Shown: one piece after another, positions 39,208 through 49,634 of the stretch
Layout of the letters: every line of letters begins with the position of its first letter
How positions within the stretch are numbered: the stretch's first letter is position 1
From: an uncultured Muribaculaceae bacterium
GTDB taxonomy: Bacteria; Bacteroidota; Bacteroidia; Bacteroidales; UBA932
DNA length: 64,000 bases
NCBI GenBank assembly: GCA_964479995.1
Contig: CAYZPF010000001.1
Span: 10,948-74,947 of the forward strand
Reading direction: 5' to 3'
The notes under the pieces: model-generated
Databases searched by the model: none
What the model saw: the letters and a program-made list of their open reading frames with translations, nothing else
What the model was told of the DNA's origin: nothing
Translations under genes and position numbers: made by a program

Positions 39208-39796
39208 GATGTCTGTATCAACCATTATAGAGATTGATAATTTCCTGGTCTCATCAGAAATACTTACGGAAAAATATATCTGTGATATTGAAAAATGCAG
39301 GGGCGCCTGCTGCATCATTGGCGATAGCGGCGCTCCTCTTAATGAGGACGAATGTGGTAAATTAAAGATAGAATATGATAATATCTCCCGGTATATCAGG
39401 AGAGAGGGAATTCAAACTATTGAAGAGCAAGGGCACTTTGTAATTGACATAGATAACGATTTGGTAACGCCTTTAAGCTCTGGAGAAGAGTGTGCATACA
39501 CTATCTTTGACAATGATGATATCTGTTTGTGCGGAATTGAAAAGGCACATAATGATGGGAACTGTACATTTAAAAAACCTATTTCCTGCTGGCTTTACCC
39601 CATTCGAGTATCAAAGTTGTCAAACGGGATGACTGCCTTAAACCTTCACCGCTGGCACCTTTGCACAGACGCATACGAAAAAGGAAGAAGAGAGGGCGTG
39701 CCAGTATTTCGTTTTCTGAAAGAGCCGTTAATTTTCGCTTTTGGTGAGAAGTTCTATAATAGCCTGGAGGTTATATATGACAATCTATTTAAATAA
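39191..39796 (+). CDS. DUF3109 family Cys-rich protein
   Basis: CRGACCIIGDSGAP, CGIEKA, KPISCWLYPIR. Confidence 0.85.
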   Translation: MDTKNKMSVSTIIEIDNFLVSSEILTEKYICDIEKCRGACCIIGDSGAPLNEDECGKLKIEYDNISRYIRREGIQTIEEQGHFVIDIDNDLVTPLSSGEECAYTIFDNDDICLCGIEKAHNDGNCTFKKPISCWLYPIRVSKLSNGMTALNLHRWHLCTDAYEKGRREGVPVFRFLKEPLIFAFGEKFYNSLEVIYDNLFK

Positions 39797-40763
39797 CTCT
39801 GGTACCTACGTAAACAGCTATCTCTACCAGCTCATCTTTAAACATAGATTCTTTAATACCGGTTAAAGAGTCAATTGCCATTTGGGAATATTTGCTTAAA
39901 GTCTCCTGCGCCAAAACAGTACCGTTATTACAGTTCACAAAATCAATAGTTTTGTTTGCCAGAACATCGTCCACCATCTTAGTCTCCTTAATAATTTTAA
40001 GCAATTCATCACTCTCCTTATGGTTCGCTTTTTTAAAAGCATATATTAACGGAAGAGTAATTTTCTTCTCTCTAATATCTGAACCGGTATTTTTTCCTGT
40101 ATTATAATTAGGAGTATAATCAAAAATATCGTCTCTTATTTGAAAAGCTATTCCAAGGTTGTAGGCATAACGGCTCATCTTCTCAATAGTAATCTCATCT
40201 GCTCCTGCCGAATATGCCGAACTCCCTGCAGTTGCAACAAAAAGGCTTGATGTTTTCCTTGTTATTATACTTAGATAATCATTTTCCGTTGTATCCAGCT
40301 TTAGAGCTTTTTGCATTTGAAAAAGCTCGCCCTCGGTTAGCTCCTCCACTGCTGCTGTAAAAAAATCCAGTATCCTTGTATTTTTCTGTTTAACTAATAG
40401 AGAAAGTGCTTTTGCCAGCCAAAAGTCGCCCATAAGAATCGAAGAGGCTGGAGAGAATTTATTGTGTACAGTAGGAGCGCCTCTTCTTACGGCAGAGTTA
40501 TCGGCCACATCATCATGCAATAGTGTGGCAGTGTGAACCATCTCTGATACGGCTGCGCAACAAATTGTAAGATCATTTATTTCGCCACACGCCTTTGCTG
40601 TTACAAGACTTAAGAGCGGCCTTATCTGTTTGCCTTTCTGATGAAACAGATAGCTGTTTATTGTATTAAGATACTCTACTTCACTCTCCAGATTTCTTTT
40701 AATCAAAGAGTTTACCTTGTCGAAATCTTCGCCAATAAGCCTTTGTATTTTGCTTAAGTCCAT
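39789..40763 (-). CDS. ispB: Polyprenyl diphosphate synthase (IspB-like)
   Basis: GKQIRP, LLHDDVAD, FQIRDDIFD; start may be 40763 or 40772. Confidence 0.88.
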   Translation of the reverse strand: MDLSKIQRLIGEDFDKVNSLIKRNLESEVEYLNTINSYLFHQKGKQIRPLLSLVTAKACGEINDLTICCAAVSEMVHTATLLHDDVADNSAVRRGAPTVHNKFSPASSILMGDFWLAKALSLLVKQKNTRILDFFTAAVEELTEGELFQMQKALKLDTTENDYLSIITRKTSSLFVATAGSSAYSAGADEITIEKMSRYAYNLGIAFQIRDDIFDYTPNYNTGKNTGSDIREKKITLPLIYAFKKANHKESDELLKIIKETKMVDDVLANKTIDFVNCNNGTVLAQETLSKYSQMAIDSLTGIKESMFKDELVEIAVYVGTRVI

Positions 40764-40778
40764 ATTGTTCATCAAGAG

Positions 40779-40813
40779 AAGCCGCGCCAATTATCTAAGT
40801 ATGGGCGGCTTTT
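40779..40813. terminator. Intergenic hairpin
   Basis: AAGCCGCGCCA...TGGGCGGCTTTT. Confidence 0.55.
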
Positions 40814-40853
40814 ATAATTCTCTTTTACTTTTCTTGCGTATATTGGATAAGGC

Positions 40854-41447
40854 TTAAAAGATGTACGCAATTGAAAGCTGGAAACCATCAATTTTTGCAT
40901 CTTTTAATGTCTGCCCATTTATCTGGATTGATCCTACATCCTGGAGTTTGCCCAAAGCCCAGTTATATTTGCCTGTTATTTGCAGCTTCCAGAAATCTAT
41001 TCCGGCACCTAATCCTACCCCAAAGTCTAATCTGTTAAGATCATCCCATGAAGTTTCGCTTAAAGCGCCCCCTTTCCCCAATGCGTATGAAATATACGGA
41101 CCTGCAATAACAAATGGCCGGAACAATAAAAGATCCAGGCCTAATTGCAGGTTAAGGGGCAAAGAGAGATAATCCAAATAAAAATTATCTGTAGGGTCAG
41201 TAGCATCTGCTCCCTTCCTTACAAATAACAGCTCAGGTTGAAACCCTAAACCGATAACCGGTATTTTAGTCTTTAAAAACAGTCCAAAGTGGGTACCGGT
41301 ACTTTTGCCCCATACGTTGCTGATATCTCCGGAAAGATCTTTATACGTATTAAAGTTCAATCCCCCTTTTATACCCACCTTACCTTGAGCAGAAGCTGCC
41401 GGGAGGAAGAAAAGAATCAATACAAGCAGGGTTGCTAGTTTCTTCAT
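40854..41447 (-). CDS. Porin-family 8-stranded outer-membrane beta-barrel
   Basis: GIKGGLN, FQPELLF, YLSLPL, GPY, C-terminal IAYIF. Confidence 0.88.
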   Translation of the reverse strand: MKKLATLLVLILFFLPAASAQGKVGIKGGLNFNTYKDLSGDISNVWGKSTGTHFGLFLKTKIPVIGLGFQPELLFVRKGADATDPTDNFYLDYLSLPLNLQLGLDLLLFRPFVIAGPYISYALGKGGALSETSWDDLNRLDFGVGLGAGIDFWKLQITGKYNWALGKLQDVGSIQINGQTLKDAKIDGFQLSIAYIF

Positions 41448-41455
41448 GATTTACT

Positions 41456-41773
41456 TTACATCAATTTGTTTATTTTCTCTACAATAACCGCCTTTGTAGT
41501 AGCCCCCACAATCTTATCCTTAACCTCTCCGTCTTTAAAAAAGAGAATGGTAGGAATATTGCGGATTCCATACTTAACGGGAATACCTTGACTAGAGTCA
41601 ACGTCACACTTAGCAATAACGGCTTTACCTTCATACTCAGTATGAAGTTCATCAATAATCGGAGCAATCATGCGACAAGGGCCGCACCATGTCGCCCAAA
41701 AATCTATTACTACAGGTTTGTCTGATTTAATTACTAACTCATTAAAATTTGAATCATTAACTGCTATTGCCAT
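41456..41773 (-). CDS. trxA: Thioredoxin
   Basis: WCGPC, GIRNIPT. Confidence 0.97.
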   Translation of the reverse strand: MAIAVNDSNFNELVIKSDKPVVIDFWATWCGPCRMIAPIIDELHTEYEGKAVIAKCDVDSSQGIPVKYGIRNIPTILFFKDGEVKDKIVGATTKAVIVEKINKLM

Positions 41774-41858
41774 CTCTTAGATTTATTAAAAATTAAATAT
41801 AATATCGGGCTAAATTAACACCTTTTTTTTAATTATACTTAAAATATGTGGTAAATCA

Positions 41859-42152
41859 TTAAACTATCGAATCGGCCTCCCATACAAAAGCTCTGAGCCC
41901 CTGCTCGGGAGCAGATTCATCTGAACTCTTTAATTTATCTATGAGGGCGGGAAGCCGCTCTTCCTCAATCATAGCAAGTATGGCCATATTCTTTGAAGGC
42001 CAGGCGTGAGTTCCGTAATGGGGCTCACCTCGGTAAGAGCCTCTGCCTTGTATATCTGTCCATCTTGTAAATCCCCTTATTGAAAGAGCATCCAGAATCT
42101 CCACTACCGTTGAGGCGTGAGCCTGGTTATAAATTATCATAACTGCTTTCAT
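41859..42152 (-). CDS. P-II-like transporter-associated protein (PG0541-type)
   Basis: RGFTRWTDIQGRGS..GEPHYGTHAWP; last gene of the RND operon. Confidence 0.82.
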   Translation of the reverse strand: MKAVMIIYNQAHASTVVEILDALSIRGFTRWTDIQGRGSYRGEPHYGTHAWPSKNMAILAMIEEERLPALIDKLKSSDESAPEQGLRAFVWEADSIV

Positions 42153-42158
42153 GTTCTA

Positions 42159-45100
42159 TCAATTTTTACTGTTTAACTTAGCCATAGCTCTTCTCTTTCT
42201 CTTAATATCTCCCGCATGAAAAGAGCAATAAATTACCGGGATAACCACAAGGGTCAATATTGTAGAAACAGTCAGTCCGCCTATTATTGAAACACCCATC
42301 GGTTGCCAGATCTCTGAACCCTCGCCAAGGCCTATAGCCATTGGTAACATCCCCAGAATTGTTGTTACTGTTGTCATTAAGACCGGCCTCAACCTTGAAC
42401 GCCCTCCTGATACTACGGAACGAACAACACTCATACCTCTCTCTTTGTTTAGGTTGATATAGTCAATGAGCACAATCCCATTTTTCACCACTATCCCCAC
42501 CAGCATAACGGCTCCAATAAGGGCTATCAAACTTAAAGAGGTGCCTGTCATCCAGAGAGCCACAAAGACTCCTGTAAAGGCAAATGGCAAAGAGAACATT
42601 ATGATAAACGGATCTCTGAAAGACTCAAACTGGGCTGCCATTACAATGTATGTAAGAATTGTGACTAAAATTAAGAGAACAAACATATCCCTAAATGACT
42701 CCTGCTGCTCCTCATATGAACCTGAAAGTTCAACAGCAATATTTGGAGGGAGGGACAGTTCGCTCGCTTTGGCCGTTACCTCTTTTGCGATGTCCCCCAA
42801 TGCTCTTTTATATATCTTTCCCGAAACCTTAATTACCCGTTCTCTGTCCAAATGTTGTATTGCAGGCGGGGCAAAGTCCTCAACTACATCTGCAACCTCG
42901 CTTAATCTAACACTTTTACCCGCAGTATTGTAGAGTAAAATCTCTTTTATATCCTCTATATTGGTTCTGTATTTTATATCATTTCTAACTACAATGTCAT
43001 ACTCTTCTCCATCCTCTCTGAAACGAGTTGTAATAATTCCGTTAATCCTGTTTCTCACCATGGTTGCAGCATTGGAAAGGGATATACCATTCATTGCAAG
43101 TTTTAATCTGTCAAATTCGACTGAGAGCTGAGGCATAAAATCTTCTCTGCTAAGTTTAATATCTCTTAACCCTTTTGTATTACGCATAATCCCTGCCACC
43201 TCATCTGCAGCATACGCAGCATCCTCCATATTGTATCCTAAAACATTCATTTCAAAACTGGATCCACCCGCACCCATAACAGGATTTGAGCCCCCCGGTA
43301 TTACCTCGTACCTGTAAAGCTCAGGGATTTTACTCAAATCTTCCCTCATTAGATCTGCTATTTCACTTATTGACCTGCTCCTCTCATTTGGATCTACCAT
43401 TCTTACTGTGTAAGAGATAATGTGAGTTCCTGATGTTCTTAATGACATAAAGAGATTGGTTCCGTCCGATTGTCCCATAGAGGTTTGGAGGACCCTTATC
43501 TCCGGGTATTTTTCTCTCCATTTTGCATAAAGATACTTATCAAGCTCTCTACTTTGCTCAACCCTGGTACCAACAGGCAACTCAACATTAATGGATATTT
43601 GTGAATTATCCGATTCGGGGAAAAAGTCAGTTCCAACCTTTCTCACCAAAAGAACACTGGAGAGGAATATCAGGAGTGTTAATGCAAAAACAAACACTCT
43701 GTGGGAAACCGACCATTTAAGTAATCTTGCATACCACACATCAAGTGCATCAAGTCCCCGCTCAATTGGTGCATAAAAGAACATAAAGGTCTTACTCCTT
43801 TTTGGATCTTTTTTCAACATTCTTGAGCTTAGCATTGGGGTTAGCGAAAGTGCTGCTAAAGTAGACACTACAATGATAATAGTTACTATCCACCCAAGCT
43901 GCTTGAACATAACACCGGCCAATCCCGAAACCATGGTTAGGGGGAAAAATACGGCTACAATGGTCAAAGTAGAAGCAACTACTGCAACAGCTACCTCATT
44001 GGTAGCATAAATTGCTGCATCTTTTGGTTTGCTGCCTCGTTCAATATGGGTCGTTATGTTTTCCAATACTACAATTGCGTCATCCACAACCATCCCAATT
44101 GCAATAGAAAGAGAGCTCAAAGAGATAATATTAAGCGTATTACCGGTTATCATCAAATAGATAAATGCTGCAATAAGTGAAACCGGAATGGTAAGGATAA
44201 TTATAAAGGTAGCCCTCCATCTGCCTAAGAAAAACAGAACCACTATCATTACAAAAAGGCCTGCCAGCAACACGGTATTGGTTAGGGAGCTGATACTGCT
44301 TTTAATGAAATCCGAGGTATCAAGAGTCACCTCAATCTCCACATCAGGAGGCAGGGAATTTTTTATTGCAGGGAGCTCTTTATTGATTCTGTCGGCAATC
44401 TTAACTACGTTTGCGCCCGATTGCTTCTGGATCACAATCATTGCTGCTCTCTCTCCATTGGTATAAACTTCTGTTGACCTCTCTTTTAGCGTATCCTTAA
44501 CCGTAGCTACATCTTTCAGGTATATATTTTTACCCATAAAGCTGGCTACGACAATCTCTTTAAGATCATCACTTGTTTTAAACTCTCCGTCTATTTTAAC
44601 TGCATATGTATCCGAACCTATGTCTATATTACCTCCCGGAATATTTCTGTTCTCTAATGCTATCAACCCTGACAGTTGCTCAATAGTAAGCTTATATGCC
44701 TCCATTTTCTTTGGATCAACCGATACTTGAACCTCTCTCTGAGGCGCTCCCGAAATTGAGACTGATGCTACCCCTCCAATTCTATTGATAGGGTTTGCCA
44801 CTCTCTCTTCAAGAAGCTTATACAGACTTTGAGTATTTTGGGTTGTACTGGCAGAGAGAAAGACAATAGGCATCATTGATGAGCTATACTTGAGTATAAC
44901 AGGATTTTCTGCCTCTTTGGGAAGAGAATTCCTTATCATATCAATTACAGATCTTACATCATTAATGGCCTCATCCATATCTGTACCATATTCAAACTCC
45001 AGAGTAATGAGAGAAACGTTATCTTTTGAGGTAGAATGTATCTTCTTTAAATCGGATACTGTACTCAAAGACATCTCCAGCCTCTTAGTAATATTTTGCT

Positions 45101-45278
45101 CTATATCGGTAGCGCTTGCCCCGGCGTATGTAGTCATTACCGTTGCCGCATTCAGCTCTATATCGGGATAGAGATCTACCGACAACTTCGTAAAAGAGAA
45201 GATGCCAAGTACAACTATCCCTACAAATATGAGTGCAGTTGTTACCGGCTTCCTGACCGCGGTTTCATATATTCTCAT
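42159..45278 (-). CDS. RND efflux permease (AcrB/HAE1 family)
   Basis: GMVVDDAIVVLENI, GIVVKNGIVLID, RLRPVLMT. Confidence 0.96.
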   Translation of the reverse strand: MRIYETAVRKPVTTALIFVGIVVLGIFSFTKLSVDLYPDIELNAATVMTTYAGASATDIEQNITKRLEMSLSTVSDLKKIHSTSKDNVSLITLEFEYGTDMDEAINDVRSVIDMIRNSLPKEAENPVILKYSSSMMPIVFLSASTTQNTQSLYKLLEERVANPINRIGGVASVSISGAPQREVQVSVDPKKMEAYKLTIEQLSGLIALENRNIPGGNIDIGSDTYAVKIDGEFKTSDDLKEIVVASFMGKNIYLKDVATVKDTLKERSTEVYTNGERAAMIVIQKQSGANVVKIADRINKELPAIKNSLPPDVEIEVTLDTSDFIKSSISSLTNTVLLAGLFVMIVVLFFLGRWRATFIIILTIPVSLIAAFIYLMITGNTLNIISLSSLSIAIGMVVDDAIVVLENITTHIERGSKPKDAAIYATNEVAVAVVASTLTIVAVFFPLTMVSGLAGVMFKQLGWIVTIIIVVSTLAALSLTPMLSSRMLKKDPKRSKTFMFFYAPIERGLDALDVWYARLLKWSVSHRVFVFALTLLIFLSSVLLVRKVGTDFFPESDNSQISINVELPVGTRVEQSRELDKYLYAKWREKYPEIRVLQTSMGQSDGTNLFMSLRTSGTHIISYTVRMVDPNERSRSISEIADLMREDLSKIPELYRYEVIPGGSNPVMGAGGSSFEMNVLGYNMEDAAYAADEVAGIMRNTKGLRDIKLSREDFMPQLSVEFDRLKLAMNGISLSNAATMVRNRINGIITTRFREDGEEYDIVVRNDIKYRTNIEDIKEILLYNTAGKSVRLSEVADVVEDFAPPAIQHLDRERVIKVSGKIYKRALGDIAKEVTAKASELSLPPNIAVELSGSYEEQQESFRDMFVLLILVTILTYIVMAAQFESFRDPFIIMFSLPFAFTGVFVALWMTGTSLSLIALIGAVMLVGIVVKNGIVLIDYINLNKERGMSVVRSVVSGGRSRLRPVLMTTVTTILGMLPMAIGLGEGSEIWQPMGVSIIGGLTVSTILTLVVIPVIYCSFHAGDIKRKRRAMAKLNSKN

Positions 45279-45292
45279 AATAAAATTTCAAT

Positions 45293-46315
45293 TTATCTGG
45301 TAAGATTAAGATCTGTCACAGTAACCTTTACTTTGGTTTTATCAGAAAGGGTTGTATTGCCTGCAACCACTATCTTCTCTCCCTCTTTAACTCCGCTAAT
45401 TACCTCATATACAGAGCCAATCCTTCTGCCAAGTTCTACTTTGGTATAGTTTACAATGTCACCATCCAGGGTATATACATATCTATCATTTGTTCCTGTT
45501 TGTTTGATGACTGCTTTATCGGGGATTATAACCCTCTCCTTTGCTCCAAAGTTGACTCTGACTCTGACAAACATGCCGGGACGGATTAGAAGAGCAGGGT
45601 TCTCTATCCGAACCTCTGCGGTGAAAGTTCTGGTGTTAGGGTCTATAGTGGGGTGAATGAGCATAATCTTGCCTGGAAATACTTTATCAGGATAGATATC
45701 CAATGATAGCTCAACAGGTGTTCCTGGAGTTGTTTGAGGAAAAAATTCTTCAGATATGGCAATCAATGTCTTAACGGGTTGCATCTGCATAACTACCAAA
45801 ATAGGCTGGCCGGTTGCAAGATCTCCGTCATAAAAGTTTTTCTGCACCACAACACCATCTATTGGAGAGAGAAGCCTTGTGTTCTTTTGTAAATTAGAGA
45901 GGCTCTCTTCGGCAATACTCACCTGTGTCTTTAACTGGGTGTATTGTTGCTCGGCAACTCCTCCTGCTTTGTAAAGCGCCTCTATTCTTGCAAGGTCTAT
46001 TTTAAGATTGTCTGTCTGAATCTTTGCCTGAAGATAATTTACATTTTCCATCTCAACCAAGAGGTCACCTTTTTTTACCTTGGTCCCTATCTCTACATGA
46101 ATCTTCTCAATTCTCTGTGCAGCGGCACTGGCAATGATATTCTTGGCCATAGGCTCAATATTGCCGGTAAAATCGTATTCCTGGTTAATCATCGCTTTTT
46201 CTACGGTAACCACCTTTACCGGATATTCCTTCTCTTTTTCCTCCTTAACAGCCTTTTCTGAACAGGAGGTAAAGATAAGTGCTCCCAATACAAATAATGT
46301 TGTAATTTTTCTCAT
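45293..46315 (-). CDS. RND periplasmic adaptor (membrane fusion lipoprotein)
   Basis: Lipobox FTSC, lipoyl halves VKKGDLL and SPIDGVV, RPGMF. Confidence 0.94.
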   Translation of the reverse strand: MRKITTLFVLGALIFTSCSEKAVKEEKEKEYPVKVVTVEKAMINQEYDFTGNIEPMAKNIIASAAAQRIEKIHVEIGTKVKKGDLLVEMENVNYLQAKIQTDNLKIDLARIEALYKAGGVAEQQYTQLKTQVSIAEESLSNLQKNTRLLSPIDGVVVQKNFYDGDLATGQPILVVMQMQPVKTLIAISEEFFPQTTPGTPVELSLDIYPDKVFPGKIMLIHPTIDPNTRTFTAEVRIENPALLIRPGMFVRVRVNFGAKERVIIPDKAVIKQTGTNDRYVYTLDGDIVNYTKVELGRRIGSVYEVISGVKEGEKIVVAGNTTLSDKTKVKVTVTDLNLTR

Positions 46316-46339
46316 ATTTTTAATTTATTCTATTTGCTA

Positions 46340-47683
46340 TTAATTATTTAATAAGTTAACGTCACATCCAATCACTTTTTCATACTCGTTTTTGGCTTTA
46401 ATGTAATCGTAAATGGTTTGATTCAGGTTTAGTTTTGACCTGGTTAGCGCCACTTCTGAATCATTAAGTTCCAGGATAGTACCTACACCGGTATTATATC
46501 TTACCTTTGAAATCTCATAGCCTTTCATTGCCTGGTTAACAGTCTCTTTATCGGATTCAAGTTGAATTTTTGCCCTTTTCATCTCATTAAGGGAATTTTT
46601 TACCGCAAGTCCAAGGTTGTTCTCCAGCAACTCCTTCTGTAAATTCAGCTGCATTCTAACTACTTGCGTTTGCCTCTCTTTCATTACTGTTGACATCTTA
46701 TTAAAAATAGGAATCTGGAGAGCCATACCAACCGAAAAAGAGTTTGACCAAGGTTTGTTAAATGTAAACTCCTGGCTTTGCATCTGTAATTGATAGTTAG
46801 CAAAGCCCGCCAAAGAGGGTAATCTTTGCGAGCGAATAAGTTCAAGGCTCTTATCCAGTCTCTCTCCTTGAATTTCAAGGCTTTTAATATTGGTATTACC
46901 GGCAAGGGAGAATGTATTTAATACCTCATAATCCTTAATCTCGACTTCAAAATTTTCAATATTCCCCTCAAGAATAAAAGGTGTTTCAATATCCAATGAG
47001 AGAAGAATCCTAAACTGCATCTTTGCAAGCTCAATTCCGTTTCTTGCCTGAGTAATTGCCGGAGTGATATTTCTTACTGCCACATCGCTTCTAATCATAT
47101 CATATTCAGAGGCCAGTCCATTATTGTACATTCTCTTAATATTTTCTGCACTCTCTTTTGCATTTTTATAACTCTCTTCCAGTACTTTAAGAGATTTCTC
47201 AAGCATCAGGATACCGTAAAACGAATTTTTTACCTGTGAGATTAATTCAATCTTTGCTCCTCTTGACGATTCCAGTGCCGATTTCATCTCTATTTCTGAC
47301 ATCTGTATGTTTTTAAACAGAGCCAAAGAGAAGATAGGAAGCTGCATTGTACCTGTAACTGCATAGCTGTTGGTAGAACCAACCTCCATTTTTCCACCAG
47401 GGAAAAAATCAGAGAAGAAGACCGGCTTTAGAATATTGTTTGTGTACTGAGCATTAGCATTTAACGAAGGGAACAGTGTGTACCAATTCTCTTTTATCAG
47501 CCAATCAACCCTCTTAAGTTCTTCATCAGCAACCTTAATATTCATATTTCTATCCAGAGCAATTTCAAGAGCTCTTTCAATTGTGAGGCTTAGAGGCTCT
47601 TTTTGCTCTTTAGCATTGATTTGCAAAGAGGTTATGAGAAGAGCCAGTGTAAAAAACATTTTAATTTTTACCCTTAATTCCAT
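46340..47683 (-). CDS. TolC-family outer membrane channel
   Basis: Signal peptide, two OEP repeats (LPIF, QIPIFN), RYNTGVGTILEL. Confidence 0.94.
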   Translation of the reverse strand: MELRVKIKMFFTLALLITSLQINAKEQKEPLSLTIERALEIALDRNMNIKVADEELKRVDWLIKENWYTLFPSLNANAQYTNNILKPVFFSDFFPGGKMEVGSTNSYAVTGTMQLPIFSLALFKNIQMSEIEMKSALESSRGAKIELISQVKNSFYGILMLEKSLKVLEESYKNAKESAENIKRMYNNGLASEYDMIRSDVAVRNITPAITQARNGIELAKMQFRILLSLDIETPFILEGNIENFEVEIKDYEVLNTFSLAGNTNIKSLEIQGERLDKSLELIRSQRLPSLAGFANYQLQMQSQEFTFNKPWSNSFSVGMALQIPIFNKMSTVMKERQTQVVRMQLNLQKELLENNLGLAVKNSLNEMKRAKIQLESDKETVNQAMKGYEISKVRYNTGVGTILELNDSEVALTRSKLNLNQTIYDYIKAKNEYEKVIGCDVNLLNN

Positions 47684-47692
47684 ATACTTATT

Positions 47693-48304
47693 TTATCTTT
47701 TTGTTTTTTCTAAAAATCTATCTATTATTTCAATGCCTTTAGGAGTAGAAATACCCCTGAAGTATAGGATTATCACACTTCTAAAAAGCTCTCTCCTGGA
47801 GTGCCTGTACTTTGTAAATATCTCCGAACCCTCTATCATATTCGATATCTCAATTATGATTCCGCAGATTAAATCCTTATCCAGGTTCTCTAAAAGAAAG
47901 CCCTCCTTTTGACCTCTCGTCAGGTACTCCATAATCTTCTTTTGGTGATACTCGGAGAATTTTTTATATGCGTTCTTATATATAGGGAAATGGTACCTTT
48001 TTAGCTCCTTAAAAAAGTTTATTTTAAGATTAATGACAACATCCGACTGAGTATCATGAAGTTTAAAGAGCAAGTCCAGTATATCGTTAGAGCTCTCTTC
48101 AATCTTAACCGCCTCCTCCATCATCTGTTTATAAAAATAATTGATTGACTGTTCCAAAAGATCTGACTTATCGCTAAAATGCTCATACAATGTCCTTTTA
48201 GATATTCCATTCTCCTTAGCGATATCATCCATGGTCACAGATTTACAGCCTCTTTCAAGAAAGCACTGTATTGAATTTTCCAGAATTGATCTCTTAAAGT
48301 CCAT
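47693..48304 (-). CDS. TetR/AcrR family regulator
   Basis: VTMDDIAKENGISKRTLYEHFSDK HTH. Confidence 0.95.
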   Translation of the reverse strand: MDFKRSILENSIQCFLERGCKSVTMDDIAKENGISKRTLYEHFSDKSDLLEQSINYFYKQMMEEAVKIEESSNDILDLLFKLHDTQSDVVINLKINFFKELKRYHFPIYKNAYKKFSEYHQKKIMEYLTRGQKEGFLLENLDKDLICGIIIEISNMIEGSEIFTKYRHSRRELFRSVIILYFRGISTPKGIEIIDRFLEKTKR

Positions 48305-48323
48305 TATTATAAATTTTGTGGCA

Positions 48324-48364
48324 CAAAAGTAGATAGAGAAAACTTATAAAACAAAAATAGTTTT
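48324..48364 (-). promoter_or_regulatory. tetR-RND promoter with candidate TetR operator
   Basis: TACTTTTG (48324-48331) and inverted repeat AAAACT-N14-AGTTTT (48339-48364). Confidence 0.45.
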
Positions 48365-48435
48365 TATATTTCGGGAAATATCTTAATATCTTCTTAAATT
48401 TGTTTCCTTTATGTGTCATCTAAATATCTAATTAT

Positions 48436-49626
48436 ATGTATCAGGATTTTCAAAAGTTTTTACAGAGTGAGATCAGCACAATTACAGAAGCCGGCCTCTA
48501 TAAGAAAGAGCGGGTCATTGTAACGCCTCAAAAGGCAAAAATTGAAGTCAACACAGGTCAGGAGGTTTTAAATTTTTGCGCCAATAATTATCTTGGACTT
48601 TCTAACAGCCCCGTATTGATTGATGCAGCCATTAACGCACTCAAAACAAGAGGATTTGGGATGTCAAGCGTACGCTTTATTTGTGGCACCCAAGATCTTC
48701 ATCTTGAGTTGGAAAAGAAGATTGCTCAATTCTTCGGTACAGAAGATGCAATACTATATGCAGCCTGCTTTGATGCAAACGGAGGCCTTTTTGAACCGCT
48801 GCTTGAAGAAGAAGATGCAATTATCTCGGATGCTCTCAATCACGCCTCAATAATTGATGGAGTAAGACTATGTAAAGCTAAAAGGTACAGATACGCCAAT
48901 GCCAATATGGAAGAGCTTGAGAGTTGTCTCAAACTTGCTCAGGCGCAAAGGTTTCGTCTTATAGTAACAGATGGGGTTTTCTCTATGGATGGCAACGTCG
49001 CTCCATTAGATAAAATATTTGAACTGGCAAATAAATACAACGCAATGATAATGGTTGACGAGTCCCACTCAGCCGGTGTTGTAGGAGAGACCGGGCGTGG
49101 TACAACAGAACTTTTTGATTTAAAGGGTAAAGTTGAGGTTATTACCGGGACTCTGGGTAAGGCGTTTGGAGGTGCAATTGGTGGTTTTACAACCGGCAAA
49201 AAAGAGATTATAGAAATGCTCCGTCAACGCTCAAGACCCTATCTCTTCTCAAATTCAATCCCACCTATGGTTGCTGCAGCAGGAATTGCCATGTTTGATA
49301 TGATGGAAAACACAAATGAACTACAAGATAAATTGCACTCAAACACTAAATATTTTGTAGATAAAATGCTGGCAGCCGGATTCGATATAAAACCTACACA
49401 ATCTGCAATATGTGCAGTTATGTTGTACGATGCTAAACTATCTCAGAAAGTAGCTGCCAGAATGCTTGAAGAGGGTATATATGTAATTGGCTTCTATTTC
49501 CCTGTTGTACCTAAAGAGCAAGCACGAATCAGGGTCCAGATAAGTGCAGGGCATGAGATTGAACATCTGGACAGATGCGTTGCCGCCTTTACAAAAGTTG
49601 GTAAGGAATTGGGAATAATATCTTAA
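48436..49626 (+). CDS. kbl: Glycine C-acetyltransferase (2-amino-3-ketobutyrate CoA ligase)
   Basis: NFCANNYLGL, SVRFICGTQ, TGTLGKA, RQRSRPYLFSN. Confidence 0.96.
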   Translation: MYQDFQKFLQSEISTITEAGLYKKERVIVTPQKAKIEVNTGQEVLNFCANNYLGLSNSPVLIDAAINALKTRGFGMSSVRFICGTQDLHLELEKKIAQFFGTEDAILYAACFDANGGLFEPLLEEEDAIISDALNHASIIDGVRLCKAKRYRYANANMEELESCLKLAQAQRFRLIVTDGVFSMDGNVAPLDKIFELANKYNAMIMVDESHSAGVVGETGRGTTELFDLKGKVEVITGTLGKAFGGAIGGFTTGKKEIIEMLRQRSRPYLFSNSIPPMVAAAGIAMFDMMENTNELQDKLHSNTKYFVDKMLAAGFDIKPTQSAICAVMLYDAKLSQKVAARMLEEGIYVIGFYFPVVPKEQARIRVQISAGHEIEHLDRCVAAFTKVGKELGIIS

Positions 49627-49634
49627 CAACAAGA

